This document shows, piece by piece, positions 30,622 to 41,620 of a DNA stretch of 64,000 bases; the stretch's first letter is position 1; each line of letters opens with the position of its first letter. The stretch is taken from assembly GCA_048013815.1 (NCBI GenBank), contig CM106585.1, forward strand, positions 17,732,001 to 17,796,000, given 5' to 3'. Both the position numbers and the translations under genes were made by a program. This DNA comes from Setoptus koraiensis (lineage: Eukaryota; Animalia; Arthropoda). The notes below the pieces were generated by a model. It was not told the DNA's origin, ran no database searches, and saw only the letters and a program-made list of their open reading frames with translations.

Positions 30622-32799
30622 ATGGAAGAATTAGTTTCAGCGGAGCACAGCTTTAGTTTTAATGGTTTTATATATAGTATAATCATTGGATTAGTGGCCT
30701 TCTTTAGTTTATCATTAGCACTAGCCTTTTGTGCTGGCCATAAATCATCATCGAATACCAGAGATAGACAAAATGTCAGAGTGAGCTCTGGAGTAAATTC
30801 AAAGAGCAAAAGCAAAGATCGTATTATCAGGTTGGCATCTGACACCACTCTACCAGAAACAGCCCGTTCATCAGTGACAACAACAGCGACATCCTCTAAC
30901 ACCACACCATCAACAACACCTGTAACAACTCCAACGCCCGTAACATCAACAACAGTTGCATCAGTCACGAGTACTGATAGGGATCACAAGAAGACATTAA
31001 TTAAACAAACAGTTGCAAATGCCGACGCAACTCTACAAGAGGCCACTATCGAAGCCAATAGGTCACGACCTAACGATCCAATAGGCGGAGGTAAAGCAGT
31101 GAAATCGGGCGGATTTGAGAGTACCGGTGTTAAGTTGTCATCAGTGACGGGCAGTGGATCTTTGGCAGCGACAAAAAAGAGAAAATCGCTCGTGTTGCCC
31201 GATACGGCAATTATAACAATTAGATCGCAGCCAGAGAAGATAGAACAGGCCAGCCAGGTGTCGTCAACAAACACATCTAGAGCAACTACTATAGAATCGG
31301 GTCATTCAAGGGCATCCATGAGTAGCAGTCATTCTGGCATGGGCAACGGAAACGGCAGTCGCTCAGGCGCTGCAGACAATGATAGGGGCAAGAGTAGTAT
31401 TAGTAGAAAATCATTGGGAGGAAAATCGTCGGGCGCAAAATCGTCGGGCGGAAAATCATTGGGCTCAACAATGGATAGCGAAATTAGCGACGCAGTCAAA
31501 AGTGCCGTTAATCAATCGCGAACGGCATCTAGCTTAGGCTCGGCCACCTCCAACCAGGGCATTCGAACGGGTAAGTCTGGCATGGGTGGGGCACAAAGTT
31601 CCCTAGGGGCGCCCTATTCGCAAATAGACATTCAATCGAAACTTGACGGACCTGGCTCTGATCTTGGCTCTGCAATGGGCTCTACTCTGGCCTCATCCAA
31701 TCTAGGCAAGTCCACATTGGATTCACTTGGCAGAAGCAATGTGGGCAGCTACACGTCCCGTTTGGGCTCAGTAATTTCGTCGTCCGGTGTCCATAGTACA
31801 CTAACATCGTCTAGGACTGGCTCAACGCTCGAAAAGAGGCCCGGATCGAGCAATACGGGCTCTAAGTTGGGCTCACAAACTGATGGCGGATCATCTAAGC
31901 GCGCCAAGAGCAAGACGGGCAGCACTATGGGCCACGATAAGAAGGGCTCAACAATAGGTGGTGCTGGACAGGGATCCAAGACGCACAAGAGCACAATGTC
32001 AGGCGGAGCGAAACAATCCGATCAAATTGCCAAGTCGAAAATAACGCGTAGTCACACTAGCGTCAATCAGGCCTCTCCAACACCGACTACTCCAATGACG
32101 CCAACCGAAAGTATAGTGCTGTCGCCTAGTACTAAAATTGTGGACACTGGGGTGTCGCCCAGTGCAGCATCAACGCCGGCATCGCCAAATCTTTCCGCTG
32201 GTAGCTCTAATGATGAACTGAAAGCCGATTCGGCACCAACATCTAGCGGTTCCGGCAAGAACACCCCTGTTGGCAGTAAGACAGGCGAAGGAACTAAAGA
32301 GGTCAAAGAAGACTCTAAGATAGAAACTGCTCCAGGCAAGGTGGCTCTCGAGGAAACCACTACAACCTCCACAAGTAACACTGACAACAAAGCAACAACT
32401 GATGAGGCAAAAAACAACAACGGCATCAAAAGTGGCACAGGCATCAAAAGTGGCACAGGCCTCAAAAGTGGCACAGGCCTCAAATCAAGTGCTGATGCTG
32501 GTCCTCTTGTTGGGGTGAGCTCCAAACTGGAAACAACAGCGAGCAAAAAATTTGGCTCGAAGAACGGTTCGAAAACGGGCGAGGGTGCTCAAGATAAGGG
32601 CGCTGAAGATGACGGCACAGTTCAGGCCCGCATTTCAGTTGAGCAACCTCCAAAGAGCAAGGGCAGCTCGGATGCGAATGACACCAATTCCAAAACAGAG
32701 ACAAAACCGGAACAAGACGCCAATCAAGCTGCTACAATGGCAACTGAGCAAGCCAGTGCTAAGTCCACTCCTGGCGCTGATACGGCAAACAAGAGTTGA
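30622..32799 (+). CDS. 725-aa single-pass protein: N-terminal TM and long Ser/Gly/Thr/Lys low-complexity region
   Basis: Long ATG ORF. TM FIYSIIIGLVAFFSLSLALAFC. Short repeats GKSSG and GIKSGT/GLKSGT. No recognisable domain. Confidence 0.8.
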   Translation: MEELVSAEHSFSFNGFIYSIIIGLVAFFSLSLALAFCAGHKSSSNTRDRQNVRVSSGVNSKSKSKDRIIRLASDTTLPETARSSVTTTATSSNTTPSTTPVTTPTPVTSTTVASVTSTDRDHKKTLIKQTVANADATLQEATIEANRSRPNDPIGGGKAVKSGGFESTGVKLSSVTGSGSLAATKKRKSLVLPDTAIITIRSQPEKIEQASQVSSTNTSRATTIESGHSRASMSSSHSGMGNGNGSRSGAADNDRGKSSISRKSLGGKSSGAKSSGGKSLGSTMDSEISDAVKSAVNQSRTASSLGSATSNQGIRTGKSGMGGAQSSLGAPYSQIDIQSKLDGPGSDLGSAMGSTLASSNLGKSTLDSLGRSNVGSYTSRLGSVISSSGVHSTLTSSRTGSTLEKRPGSSNTGSKLGSQTDGGSSKRAKSKTGSTMGHDKKGSTIGGAGQGSKTHKSTMSGGAKQSDQIAKSKITRSHTSVNQASPTPTTPMTPTESIVLSPSTKIVDTGVSPSAASTPASPNLSAGSSNDELKADSAPTSSGSGKNTPVGSKTGEGTKEVKEDSKIETAPGKVALEETTTTSTSNTDNKATTDEAKNNNGIKSGTGIKSGTGLKSGTGLKSSADAGPLVGVSSKLETTASKKFGSKNGSKTGEGAQDKGAEDDGTVQARISVEQPPKSKGSSDANDTNSKTETKPEQDANQAATMATEQASAKSTPGADTANKS

Positions 32800-33219
32800 T
32801 CAGAGCGCCAGTGTCAACGCGTAACGCTAGCGCATCAACCCCACAATACCTGACAACGACCACAGACGAACAACTTTCCAGACTTTTACCGCTTCTTCAT
32901 CTACATCCGACTGTTTGAACAGTATCTCTCGAGGCTCAGACCATTTGAGCACATCCATCTGTTTAATTTAATGCATCTGTCTATCATAATAATGCGATAT
33001 ATAGCCGTTACAAATAAAGATAATAGGCTTACAAATAAAAATAAAAAATGTATCTTGGAAAAAAAAAATCGATCGTCGCTACTATCTAGGAAACTTTTTA
33101 TTTTTTTCGGTAAATTTTCTTCGTCTCGTTCTACACTTGTTGGAGACTTCGAGTAAGTCTAGATTGATATAAGCATTTAAATACTTTTAAGAAGCAAGAG
33201 AAATTTCGTAGTTGTGCAA

Positions 33220-34026
33220 TCACAATACTTTGGACCCTATCGTGGGTGTTGGTGTGTTAGTTTCGTCCTCCCAAACCAGCTCATTCAATGTTCTTACGTA
33301 ATTAAATCGTTGCTTATCTTCTACTGTAAGCGCCTTGACATTGTGTCGATGAGTCAAAACCAGTACGACACGTATTCCTGCATCGGCGGCCGCATGACCT
33401 TCTGGGGCCGATTTAGTCAATAGCAGCATATCTGGTATTTGTTCCCTGATTTCTGTTGACAACCTTTTCCATGATTGAGGGTCGGTTAAGCTCCCAAAAT
33501 CATTGTCGAAATGTCCCGAAATTAAGCCAGTCAGATCGCCGTGATTTGTTTGTCTCAGAAGAAATTTCTGGGCATCTACCCATGTATTACTGTAAACGTA
33601 GAATTTAACACCCTCACCATGCCATTTACGTAATCTTTTTGGTACATCACTATATATGGGTGTATTTATTTTGTTTTGTGAGTAACCTTCAAACCAAACT
33701 TTGAATCTCAGCTTCGTAACAGGCGGTGCATCAACTCCATTATCGTTTATAAAATGTACAAATGTCAGAAACGTCGCTTTTCCTTGTTCATTGTCGTGTG
33801 GTAGCACTACAGGCGTCGCTGGCTCTTGTCTGTTGAATTCGATTGATTGAGCCATGATCTTGTCGTACAATGACTTGAACTCTCTCTTCTGCCAATTCAT
33901 AGTCACATAATTTTCAACATTGTCCCTGAAAAATGGAAACAATATCTTCTCTAAGAAGCCAGACTTCGAGGCCGTTCCAGTAATATCAAATATAACCGCC
34001 CTGGGTCTTTTCACTGAGAGAACCAT
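33220..34026 (-). CDS. Second enolase-phosphatase E1 paralog, probable pseudo-phosphatase
   Basis: E1 fold motifs are recognisable (AVIFDITGT, ILFPF, TPIYSDVP, YVYSN...AQK.L, HFD), but motif I is DxT, the motif III Lys is replaced (FGSLTD) and motif IV lacks Asp (LLLTKS). Confidence 0.85.
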   Translation of the reverse strand: MVLSVKRPRAVIFDITGTASKSGFLEKILFPFFRDNVENYVTMNWQKREFKSLYDKIMAQSIEFNRQEPATPVVLPHDNEQGKATFLTFVHFINDNGVDAPPVTKLRFKVWFEGYSQNKINTPIYSDVPKRLRKWHGEGVKFYVYSNTWVDAQKFLLRQTNHGDLTGLISGHFDNDFGSLTDPQSWKRLSTEIREQIPDMLLLTKSAPEGHAAADAGIRVVLVLTHRHNVKALTVEDKQRFNYVRTLNELVWEDETNTPTPTIGSKVL

Positions 34027-34471
34027 AGTTCAGGCAAACAATAGACCGTTGACAATAGAAAATAATCAAAATGACCAGTTGAATAAAAGTGACGACATGT
34101 AATAGTGAGATGCTTGTGTGTATTTTGCCCAGATCGGTGCTAATATGAGTAAGCTTGATATGATAATTAACTGCATGTATGATGTGATGAGCAAGATTCA
34201 CTTAATTATTCAAACGTCGAATGTATTCTACATTGCAGAATAGTTGATTGATTGGAAGAGCGCGTGAAACAATATAAAGATTGCGAGAGCGCGTGCTATT
34301 GTCAGCCGAATTTAGCCGAATCATCAGCCAGTCGGCCTTTTATGCGCGCGGTCGAGCCTATCAGAAAGATTTCTCCATTATTTATGACCTTAGTTTTCGC
34401 TGATGAATTTTCATCCAAAGTGAATTGTAATTGTAAAAGGTAACAATTGAGTGACATTCAAAAGCCTGAGA

Positions 34472-35020
34472 ATGTCCGCTTTTCTCGCCAGCAGATTCAT
34501 GATGCAAGTGGCTGGATCCGAAGAAGCTACAGCAGTGGGTTTTATAATTCTAGTTATTATCGCATCAGTGCTGATATTAGTTGCAGTTATTTTATTCTGG
34601 TACTTTTACTGTTATCAACAAAATAGTTGCGATTGGAGGAGATTATTACTTGGTCCGAAGCGGCCAGAAAACGGCATGTCAGAGGTTGTTGTGAACGAAA
34701 CTGTTAAACAAGCTGACAATAAGGCAACGACAAGTCCCACATCAACACCATCAACAACACCTTCAACGACAGTATCGCAAGCATCTGTTGTCACAATTCC
34801 AACACCAGCACCAGAGCCAAAGGCAATCACCGGACCGGATGTTGATTTGACCATAAGACCTCGTGCGAAACCCGAAGAAAAATCGAAAAAATCTACTGGT
34901 TCTGTTGACATGGGCTACTTCCCACCCAGCATAGTTGACGGTGTGAGTCCTCCAGGATTGAAAGATAGCCAGGGTAATGTTCGAGCGAAGCCACCGCCAC
35001 CACTTCCGCAAGTGGCTTGA
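34472..35020 (+). CDS. Single-pass membrane protein with a Pro/Thr-rich cytoplasmic region
   Basis: TM AVGFIILVIIASVLILVAVILFWYFYCY and STPSTTPSTT tract. ATG at 34472 or 34499. Confidence 0.75.
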   Translation: MSAFLASRFMMQVAGSEEATAVGFIILVIIASVLILVAVILFWYFYCYQQNSCDWRRLLLGPKRPENGMSEVVVNETVKQADNKATTSPTSTPSTTPSTTVSQASVVTIPTPAPEPKAITGPDVDLTIRPRAKPEEKSKKSTGSVDMGYFPPSIVDGVSPPGLKDSQGNVRAKPPPPLPQVA

Positions 35021-35335
35021 GCAACTTGCATGATATTTATTCATGACATGTATGAGAATTGTGTGATACCGTTCTCCTATATATCATGACATAAACAGTT
35101 GATGAAAAATTGCAAATATTGTAATATTTCGGACGTATCTATATGCTATGTAGATAATCTTTTCTGAATTACTCAGAGACGATGGACACATCAGAAAAAT
35201 AAAATTGACACAACATGCATGGACCAACTCAATGAACGACGCAATGCATATGAAAACTTTGTGGAAAAAAAGGGAACCATGGCGGTGCTGACTATGTTCA
35301 GCTACCCCAATCATTTCCAAGAGTTTTCCTCTGTC

Positions 35336-35337
<2 letters not shown>

Positions 35338-35374
<37 letters not shown>
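35338..35374. repeat. (CT)n microsatellite, ~18 units
   Basis: Uninterrupted TC dinucleotide run. Confidence 0.95.
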
Positions 35375-35377
<3 letters not shown>

Positions 35378-35972
35378 ATGTCTATTTTTCGAGCCAGATC
35401 AACAAGGTCGATACTGATCACGCCTCATGTCGATTTACCAGCCATTCGAACAGTGCCAATATCGTCACCCAAGTATGTTGTCAAGTATTGGACTGGTGAG
35501 TCATCAGTGACAGCGTTTGTATTGAATGCATACATGTATCACTCTGTTATTACATGCAACGTAACTTCTTCAACTGGAACATTTCGATGTCAAAAGTTGC
35601 TGCTCAACGAATGACCTGTCATATGATCCGAAGAATGTGACACGGATCCCACTTTTCCTAAAGAGTTGCAAACAGCATCATGTGGTTCATATTTTGATAA
35701 TTTAGAGCCGATCCACAAGGCAACTAGATGACACTTTTTCGGTATAGCTAAAACAAATGTCAGTATGAAAATATCTGTTCTTTGAAAACTATTTTTAGCC
35801 ACCTTTTATTTCAAAACTAAATCAGCTTTCCACCTTGACGGATGAATGGTATAAAAGCAGCGCTATATCTCTGGTGAAGATTCAGTAGATCTTTAGATAA
35901 GCTAAAATCAAGTTAGTATCAGAATTACCTATTCACTAAAACGCAAAACCTTTCAAATAAACACAATAAAAA

Positions 35973-36407
35973 ATGCATATCTCCCACAAAATATCGATGA
36001 TTGGCGCCGTCTTGGCAGTAGCTTTCGTTTGTTTGGCTTCATGTAATGCCGAATTCGAAGAATGCCAAAAAGATCTAGCCCAACTCCAAGAATCGTTCGT
36101 ACAATTAGAGAAAGCAGTCGGAGGCAGACTAACTAGAGGTTCGTCGAAAAGAGACCATCAAAAACAGGAACAATTATTAGAATTGATCGCAGATTTAGAG
36201 GACAAGAAAGAAGAATGCAAGAAATTGGCTCGTTCCCATGGAGTTTCAGAAGTTGAGGCTGAATCACCACCTGCAGCGCCCGAGGATTTCTCTTGGCAAG
36301 AAGTTAGTGAGGTCCAGCAATCTCTGAAGTCCGAAACCGCTGATGATGCCGCCCCTGAGGCTGCTGGTGAGGCAGCACCTGAAGAAGCACCTGAAGCTGC
36401 TCAATAA
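35973..36407 (+). CDS. 144-aa secreted coiled-coil protein with an acidic Ala/Pro/Glu tail
   Basis: Signal peptide (MIGAVLAVAFVCLASCNA), heptad pattern flanked by two Cys, a KR site, and AATAAA overlapping the stop. Confidence 0.8.
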   Translation: MHISHKISMIGAVLAVAFVCLASCNAEFEECQKDLAQLQESFVQLEKAVGGRLTRGSSKRDHQKQEQLLELIADLEDKKEECKKLARSHGVSEVEAESPPAAPEDFSWQEVSEVQQSLKSETADDAAPEAAGEAAPEEAPEAAQ

Positions 36408-36820
36408 AAAGCTTATTCTTGAATATAAATTAAATGCATGAAATTTCCAATGATCTAATTCGCATTCTTCTTGCCCTATAGCTTATTTCGCTTGATGCGA
36501 GTCGAAACTGAGCTTTTGATCTTTTATTTTATCATCTTTTATAACTTCATGAACTGCAATTATTGCAACAAGCTTATAAACAGTCTCCTACAGATTGTCT
36601 CATTATGAAACTTTAGTTCAAATCTGGTTTGCAAATCTGGGCAAAGTGTGATGAAAACTATTTCTTTGATTGTTTAGTGCTGTTTGTCGCTGATTTGATT
36701 TGATCCCGCGTTTCTTTTCCATCGGTTATCACCTTCGTTGGATTTACAGCTGACATCTTTTTCTCTTCAACTTCCACTTGAATCATGCTCGCTTCATCTA
36801 AAACGAAGATATTTATGAGA

Positions 36821-37681
36821 TTATCCTTGTGCGGATTGTAAAGCAGTTTGCAACAGATTGGTTATGCCAGCCGATTGCTGTTGTGCGGGTGGAGGTTGTT
36901 GCGGCATCGCAAGCTTGGAAAGATTGTCGTACAACTCATTAGGAGTGTTGGCTGGCGCAACCTGGATTTGTTCGCTGGACTTTCCGCTCAATGGACTACC
37001 CGGTTGAGCGGGTGCTGAAGATCCGCCCAATTGAGAAGATACTCGCTGGTAGAGACCTTTGACCTGTTGGGTTGGTATCAAAATATATCAAGGTTGATTG
37101 CCCAATTTCAGATATGGTCGTATCAGCTAGTGATAACGATGAAATAACTATTAGTAATTTCTACTTACTTCGGGCAACAGATTTGGGTTATTCTGGGCAA
37201 TTCTTTGCAATCCCGATGTCAGTTCGGACAGTGCTGATCGCACTCCAGTCTGGGCAGTTTGGGCCGCTTGTGAGGCTCCACTAACTGCCGTTTGACTTGT
37301 TGTTTGCGCTGCATTTACAGCAGAATTCGCTACACTCTCGGCTGGTGATTGTGGAGCGAATGGATTGCTCTGTTTTGGCTGGAACAACGATTGCGCCTGT
37401 TGAAGTAATTGTTGGGCTTGCGTAACCGACTGGGCCTGTTGTGCCAAATTGTTCAAACTCGCTAAGAATCCGCTACCTGGATCGGTGGCCGGTTGTTGGC
37501 GGCGCTGTCTCAGTAGAAATTGCTGCGGTTGATTTTTCTGGAAATTTTCGAACTCGTCGAGGGTTTCAACGGGACTGACAAAGAATCGCTCTTGTTCGGG
37601 CTGATAACAATTGATACTTGATGTGGCGGCAACCATCATCACTACTAAGCCGACACTGGCCAGCACAAAGAAATTTGTCAT
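36821..37681 (-). CDS. Secreted Gln/Ala/Ser-rich protein: join(37681..37169, 37063..36821)
   Basis: Signal peptide MTNFFVLASVGLVVMMVAATSS and RQRR furin-type site. Donor CCCGAA|GTAAGT at 37168 and acceptor CCAACAG| at 37064 (105-nt phase-0 intron) join the two track ORFs in frame. Confidence 0.8.
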
Positions 37682-38811
37682 GTTTGGATTGTGATTTAGT
37701 GTGTTCTGTGTGGACTGTGAAATCAAACTGAGATAGTTAACTATTGGTCAGTTTATATTCTAGTTTATTGAACTTCTGTCGAAGCCAGTTTATAGCGAAT
37801 GGTATGTGTATAATGTGCACAATCTTTATATATGTATATGAAAAAGAGATGACGAGAACTTTCGAAAAGAGACTCGTCTAGAAGCAAGAGAGAGTATTCA
37901 TTGTCAGGTGTTCAGATTGTAGCAGCTTAAGCAATCGTTGTTGTACAACAACCTGTTGTTGTTGTTGATTAGCGGCAGAGATATTGCAACTTCTCTTTGT
38001 TGTTGTTGCGGTGCAAGTAATGTAAGATGGAGGAACATAGAAAGACCTGCGAGCTCGAGGAGACCTCGCAATGCTATTTCGATTTGTGAGAATTGTTCGT
38101 TATCGGCTCTAAGCCTAGTCTTAAAGCTTGTGGTGCAACTACGAACGCGTCCAATGCGCGACCAATATCAGCAAGTTGTTGTTGTTGTTGCCGTGATAAG
38201 CATCTTGTTTCCAAAAGAACGAATTGTTTCGACAAGAAGAAATTACACACAGAGGCAACGTGAAGGTCATATCTAACCTGTTATGTTGTTCGTTGATAAT
38301 ACTTACCTGTAACTTTCAAGGTGCATTAACAACATTAATTGAGCTGAGTCTTACATCAAAATTATGATATTATAATGCGATAGAGGCTTGAGTTAAACAC
38401 CGTGGCAACATATGTAAATCCAAGTGAACCATTATTGCATGTTGCAACATGTTTATTCATAACTCGTTATGTCTTGCCGACGTGGCGGAGCTTCCAGCAT
38501 CCAACTATCCCATTCACTTTCTACTTGTTATTGAGCTGGCACGCCATCAGCAAGGAATTTTTGCGATTGTGTGTGCCTTTCTTCAACTTTCTTTTTTCCT
38601 CTCTTCATCATACAAAAGTAGCAGTCAAAGTCGGTAAGACCATCGCACTATTTATCTATTCGAGTTTCAATCTGAGTGTCTGACACTCAGAGAACAGGTT
38701 TTGTATCTTGCTCAAAATCGAAGCGAGCCAGCAGGGGTTACGTGCAAGATGATCTGACTGTTCATCCAATCAATATGTACAATCAACACAAATTGACACT
38801 AGTGGGGAGGG

Positions 38812-40545
38812 CTAACGAAATGAACTGTGTAATGAGTCACTAGGCACGACCGAACTGGGTCGGTTCCCCAACGATTTACCTTTTTGCAACGATTTACCTT
38901 TTTCTACTGATTTGCCTTTTCCCAATGATTTCCCCGTTCCCAATGATTTTCCCTTTCCCAATGATTTTCCCTTTCCCAATGATTTGGACCCGATGGTTTT
39001 GCTAGTCCGAACTGGAAAAATCATACTCGCAGTGGACTGTTTGACAGTAGAACTGGTGCTGCCGACCGCCGATGGAACTCCTGAGTTAATTGTCATCTGT
39101 GATTTAGATTGACTCACAACAGTGCTTAATCTTGATTTCACTCCGTCCATCAATGGATAGTAATGTTTTATCGCTAACAGAACTGAAACAAATATTGCAA
39201 GAATTGTTGCCAAAATAATTATACTTATATAGAACCCGACGTTCTTTCTTGAGCTAGATCGACAATCACTCAAATTTCGAATTTCTGCTATATTCTTTCT
39301 TCTGCCATCGGCGAACAGACAATTCGCCCGAACCTGTTCACTTATCACATTGTTTGACGCTACTAGATTACAAACAATATCACTTGTGCAATTTAAATCG
39401 TCTTGTGCCCATCTTAGTTTGTCGGTATTAGGATACTTTCCCACCATCAGAGTCTGCTGAAATATATAGCCCCATTTGCACATGGTTATAATCTCATCCC
39501 CACGATTGGTTGTCTCGAAGAATTCATTTAAGTCGATATAGATGACTATTGGGCATCTCTTGACAACTTTTTCGCCATCTCTTATCATTCCCTGAGAGAA
39601 AAAGGTAGCAGGAATATCAGTGAATGACAGATGAGTTACGCCAACCTTTTCTGTGACATTTTCTTCCCTGCATATAGATTCGTTGAATTGTATAACATCG
39701 TTACTAAATTGTCCGTCTGTCATCATTGGTGGATCACCTTTGTTTTCCTCACGCCAGTATATGAAATTTATGTGCAAATTGTTTGTGGGTAGGTCAGGCG
39801 GTCTTATTCTGAATTTACCAAAAATTTTTATGCTCTTGCTCTTAAGGTCATAATAAGTGGAATCTGCCGGGTTCATTAGATCATGGGGAGCGAATAATAC
39901 ATCTCTGCGTTCATGAATATGGCTTGTGTAGGAATAGCGAAATTCTATTAATTTATTTTGCAGAATTTTGTTCAACCACATCCAGGTTGTATCAGTTACT
40001 TTGAAGTTGTCAATAAACAATACTGATGGTCTTTTTAACTCATCAGATAAAGTGAAACTTATTTCTTTAGCCTCTTCAATGGGTGCACTATTGTTCAAAA
40101 CAACCTGTTCTATGTTGGTAAAATCCATTCCAGATCTGATTTCGCGTTCGTTTATGAAATTTTCGTCTACATTTAAATCAAATGCTCGAATATCTGTGCG
40201 TTCAATTGCATTCTTTATAAGCATTTCCTCGCAAGTGGAAGTCGTAAAATCTCGTTGGAAGATACAAGACAAGGCATAGTATTTCAATTTTTGTCTTTCC
40301 GATTTATCTTTATCGAAGTGCAGATTGCAATGATACTCTGTCTCTGGAATTTTACAGTCCCCAATGATCACATCATGCTGATCCTCCATGTGCACATTGG
40401 GTACCAGTAATAATAGAATCATGATTGATCCTACAATGCTACTGGTGTAATATTTCAGCGTCACGTCCATCAACCTCAATGCCTGCCGAAAGAACGCACG
40501 GCTGATTGCTGGTTCTAGTTCAGAATTGCAACGTCTCCAATACAT
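38812..40545 (-). CDS. Type I membrane protein with a Cys-containing, possibly degenerate LRR-like ectodomain and a (KSLGKG)n tail
   Basis: Signal-like segment IVGSIMILLLLVP, TM VGFYISIIILATILAIFVSVLLAI, and an 18-bp repeat x~7 at ~38863-38990. Confidence 0.8.
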   Translation of the reverse strand: MYWRRCNSELEPAISRAFFRQALRLMDVTLKYYTSSIVGSIMILLLLVPNVHMEDQHDVIIGDCKIPETEYHCNLHFDKDKSERQKLKYYALSCIFQRDFTTSTCEEMLIKNAIERTDIRAFDLNVDENFINEREIRSGMDFTNIEQVVLNNSAPIEEAKEISFTLSDELKRPSVLFIDNFKVTDTTWMWLNKILQNKLIEFRYSYTSHIHERRDVLFAPHDLMNPADSTYYDLKSKSIKIFGKFRIRPPDLPTNNLHINFIYWREENKGDPPMMTDGQFSNDVIQFNESICREENVTEKVGVTHLSFTDIPATFFSQGMIRDGEKVVKRCPIVIYIDLNEFFETTNRGDEIITMCKWGYIFQQTLMVGKYPNTDKLRWAQDDLNCTSDIVCNLVASNNVISEQVRANCLFADGRRKNIAEIRNLSDCRSSSRKNVGFYISIIILATILAIFVSVLLAIKHYYPLMDGVKSRLSTVVSQSKSQMTINSGVPSAVGSTSSTVKQSTASMIFPVRTSKTIGSKSLGKGKSLGKGKSLGTGKSLGKGKSVEKGKSLQKGKSLGNRPSSVVPSDSLHSSFR

Positions 40546-40856
40546 CTGTGACTTGTAGAGGGGTTTCCACTCTCTTGATACATGATTCGATCAGTTAGCC
40601 GTTTGTTGCTCATTTGGTATCAGTATTGCAAGCTTGACTGGTTGATAAAAGAAAAAAGGGGGGACATTGAATGACAACAGTGAGCTAAAGCACATTCAAA
40701 GGAGGATAACGCGCGCAAGACGAAAAAAATTGAAAAATATTCATGTTTGCATCGAAACAGTCAGAAGATCTACATTACGTTATTTTACTTACATAACAAA
40801 AACACAGCACAGTTATCCAATAGCTGATACGTGATATACTTATATTTTGATAGATT

Positions 40857-41078
40857 ATGGATGAAAAATTGTTAGAAGCAGTGTATTTAAGTTTATTCGG
40901 GGGCGTATCAGCACTTTTCTTCATATTGGCGAGCCGTTTCGCTGCTAGATTCGGTAAGGATAAGATTTCCGAAGGTATATATAGAAAATATTCTGTTACG
41001 CCTCAAGAAGCCAATCTGATTCTAGATACGCCTGTAAAAGAGTCAGCCGTGACAAATGCTACCAAAACGAAAGACTAG
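40857..41078 (+). CDS. 73-aa small membrane protein
   Basis: ATG start, one hydrophobic helix (AVYLSLFGGVSALFFILA) and a charged tail. Fills a gap between genes. Confidence 0.55.
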   Translation: MDEKLLEAVYLSLFGGVSALFFILASRFAARFGKDKISEGIYRKYSVTPQEANLILDTPVKESAVTNATKTKD

Positions 41079-41371
41079 TTAAAGAGTTGGACGTTTGAAA
41101 AAAAAAAGGTTCTCTCCTGCAAATGATGGAAAGAGGGATCAAGACAATTATAGCAATGGTGCACAATAAAATTAGTTGACTGGAAAAATCGGACACAATA
41201 CTATTTGTGCAGTTAGTTTGCAATCGGTGTTTTTAATCCATACAACATATGTTCTGATGATCATTTGAATTATCCTTCGAATCTTTTAATTGTCATCTTT
41301 TCACTGTCGATAGACATTGGTCTCTGGTGCTGGTGATGGCCATTAGGCTAAATATATAATGGCCTAAAATT

Positions 41372-41620
41372 TTATATCTTAGGTTTTGAGTAAGCTCTAT
41401 AGATGATCATGGCCGTCATGACAGCGATTCCAACTGTTGCCATTGTTGTCAGAACTCCTTCCAATGTCACACCGTTGTTGTTATATCGTCTATTGTAGCG
41501 TCGACGTGCTCTAGGCTCGTCCATTTCGGCGCCCATCTGTTCCAACTCCTGCTCCAGTTCTCGATCGAAATCGTCGTCGCGTATCGCTCTACGGCCCCTA
41601 CTTTTCGACTTCTCTGCCAT
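41372..41620 (-). CDS. 82-aa tail-anchored membrane protein
   Basis: ATG at 41620, highly charged N-terminus, C-terminal TM VLTTMATVGIAVMTAMIIY and a short basic end RAYSKPKI. Confidence 0.65.
   Translation of the reverse strand: MAEKSKSRGRRAIRDDDFDRELEQELEQMGAEMDEPRARRRYNRRYNNNGVTLEGVLTTMATVGIAVMTAMIIYRAYSKPKI

Noticed and set aside
30588-32824. Antisense and alternate-frame ORFs over the 725-aa gene, and similar shadows over the 16026, 22578 and 43201-44169 repeats
   Set aside because: These are shadow ORFs produced by low-complexity or repeated codons in the real genes.
35219-35614. 131-aa ORF with an SLSLSL tract
   Set aside because: It is extended by the (CT)n microsatellite and has no other coding signal.
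37938-38683. ORFs with CAA/GTT runs upstream of the Gln-rich gene
   Set aside because: Fragmented in all frames with no consistent exon chain. A donor-like site near 38305 may belong to a UTR exon, but I cannot support a model.
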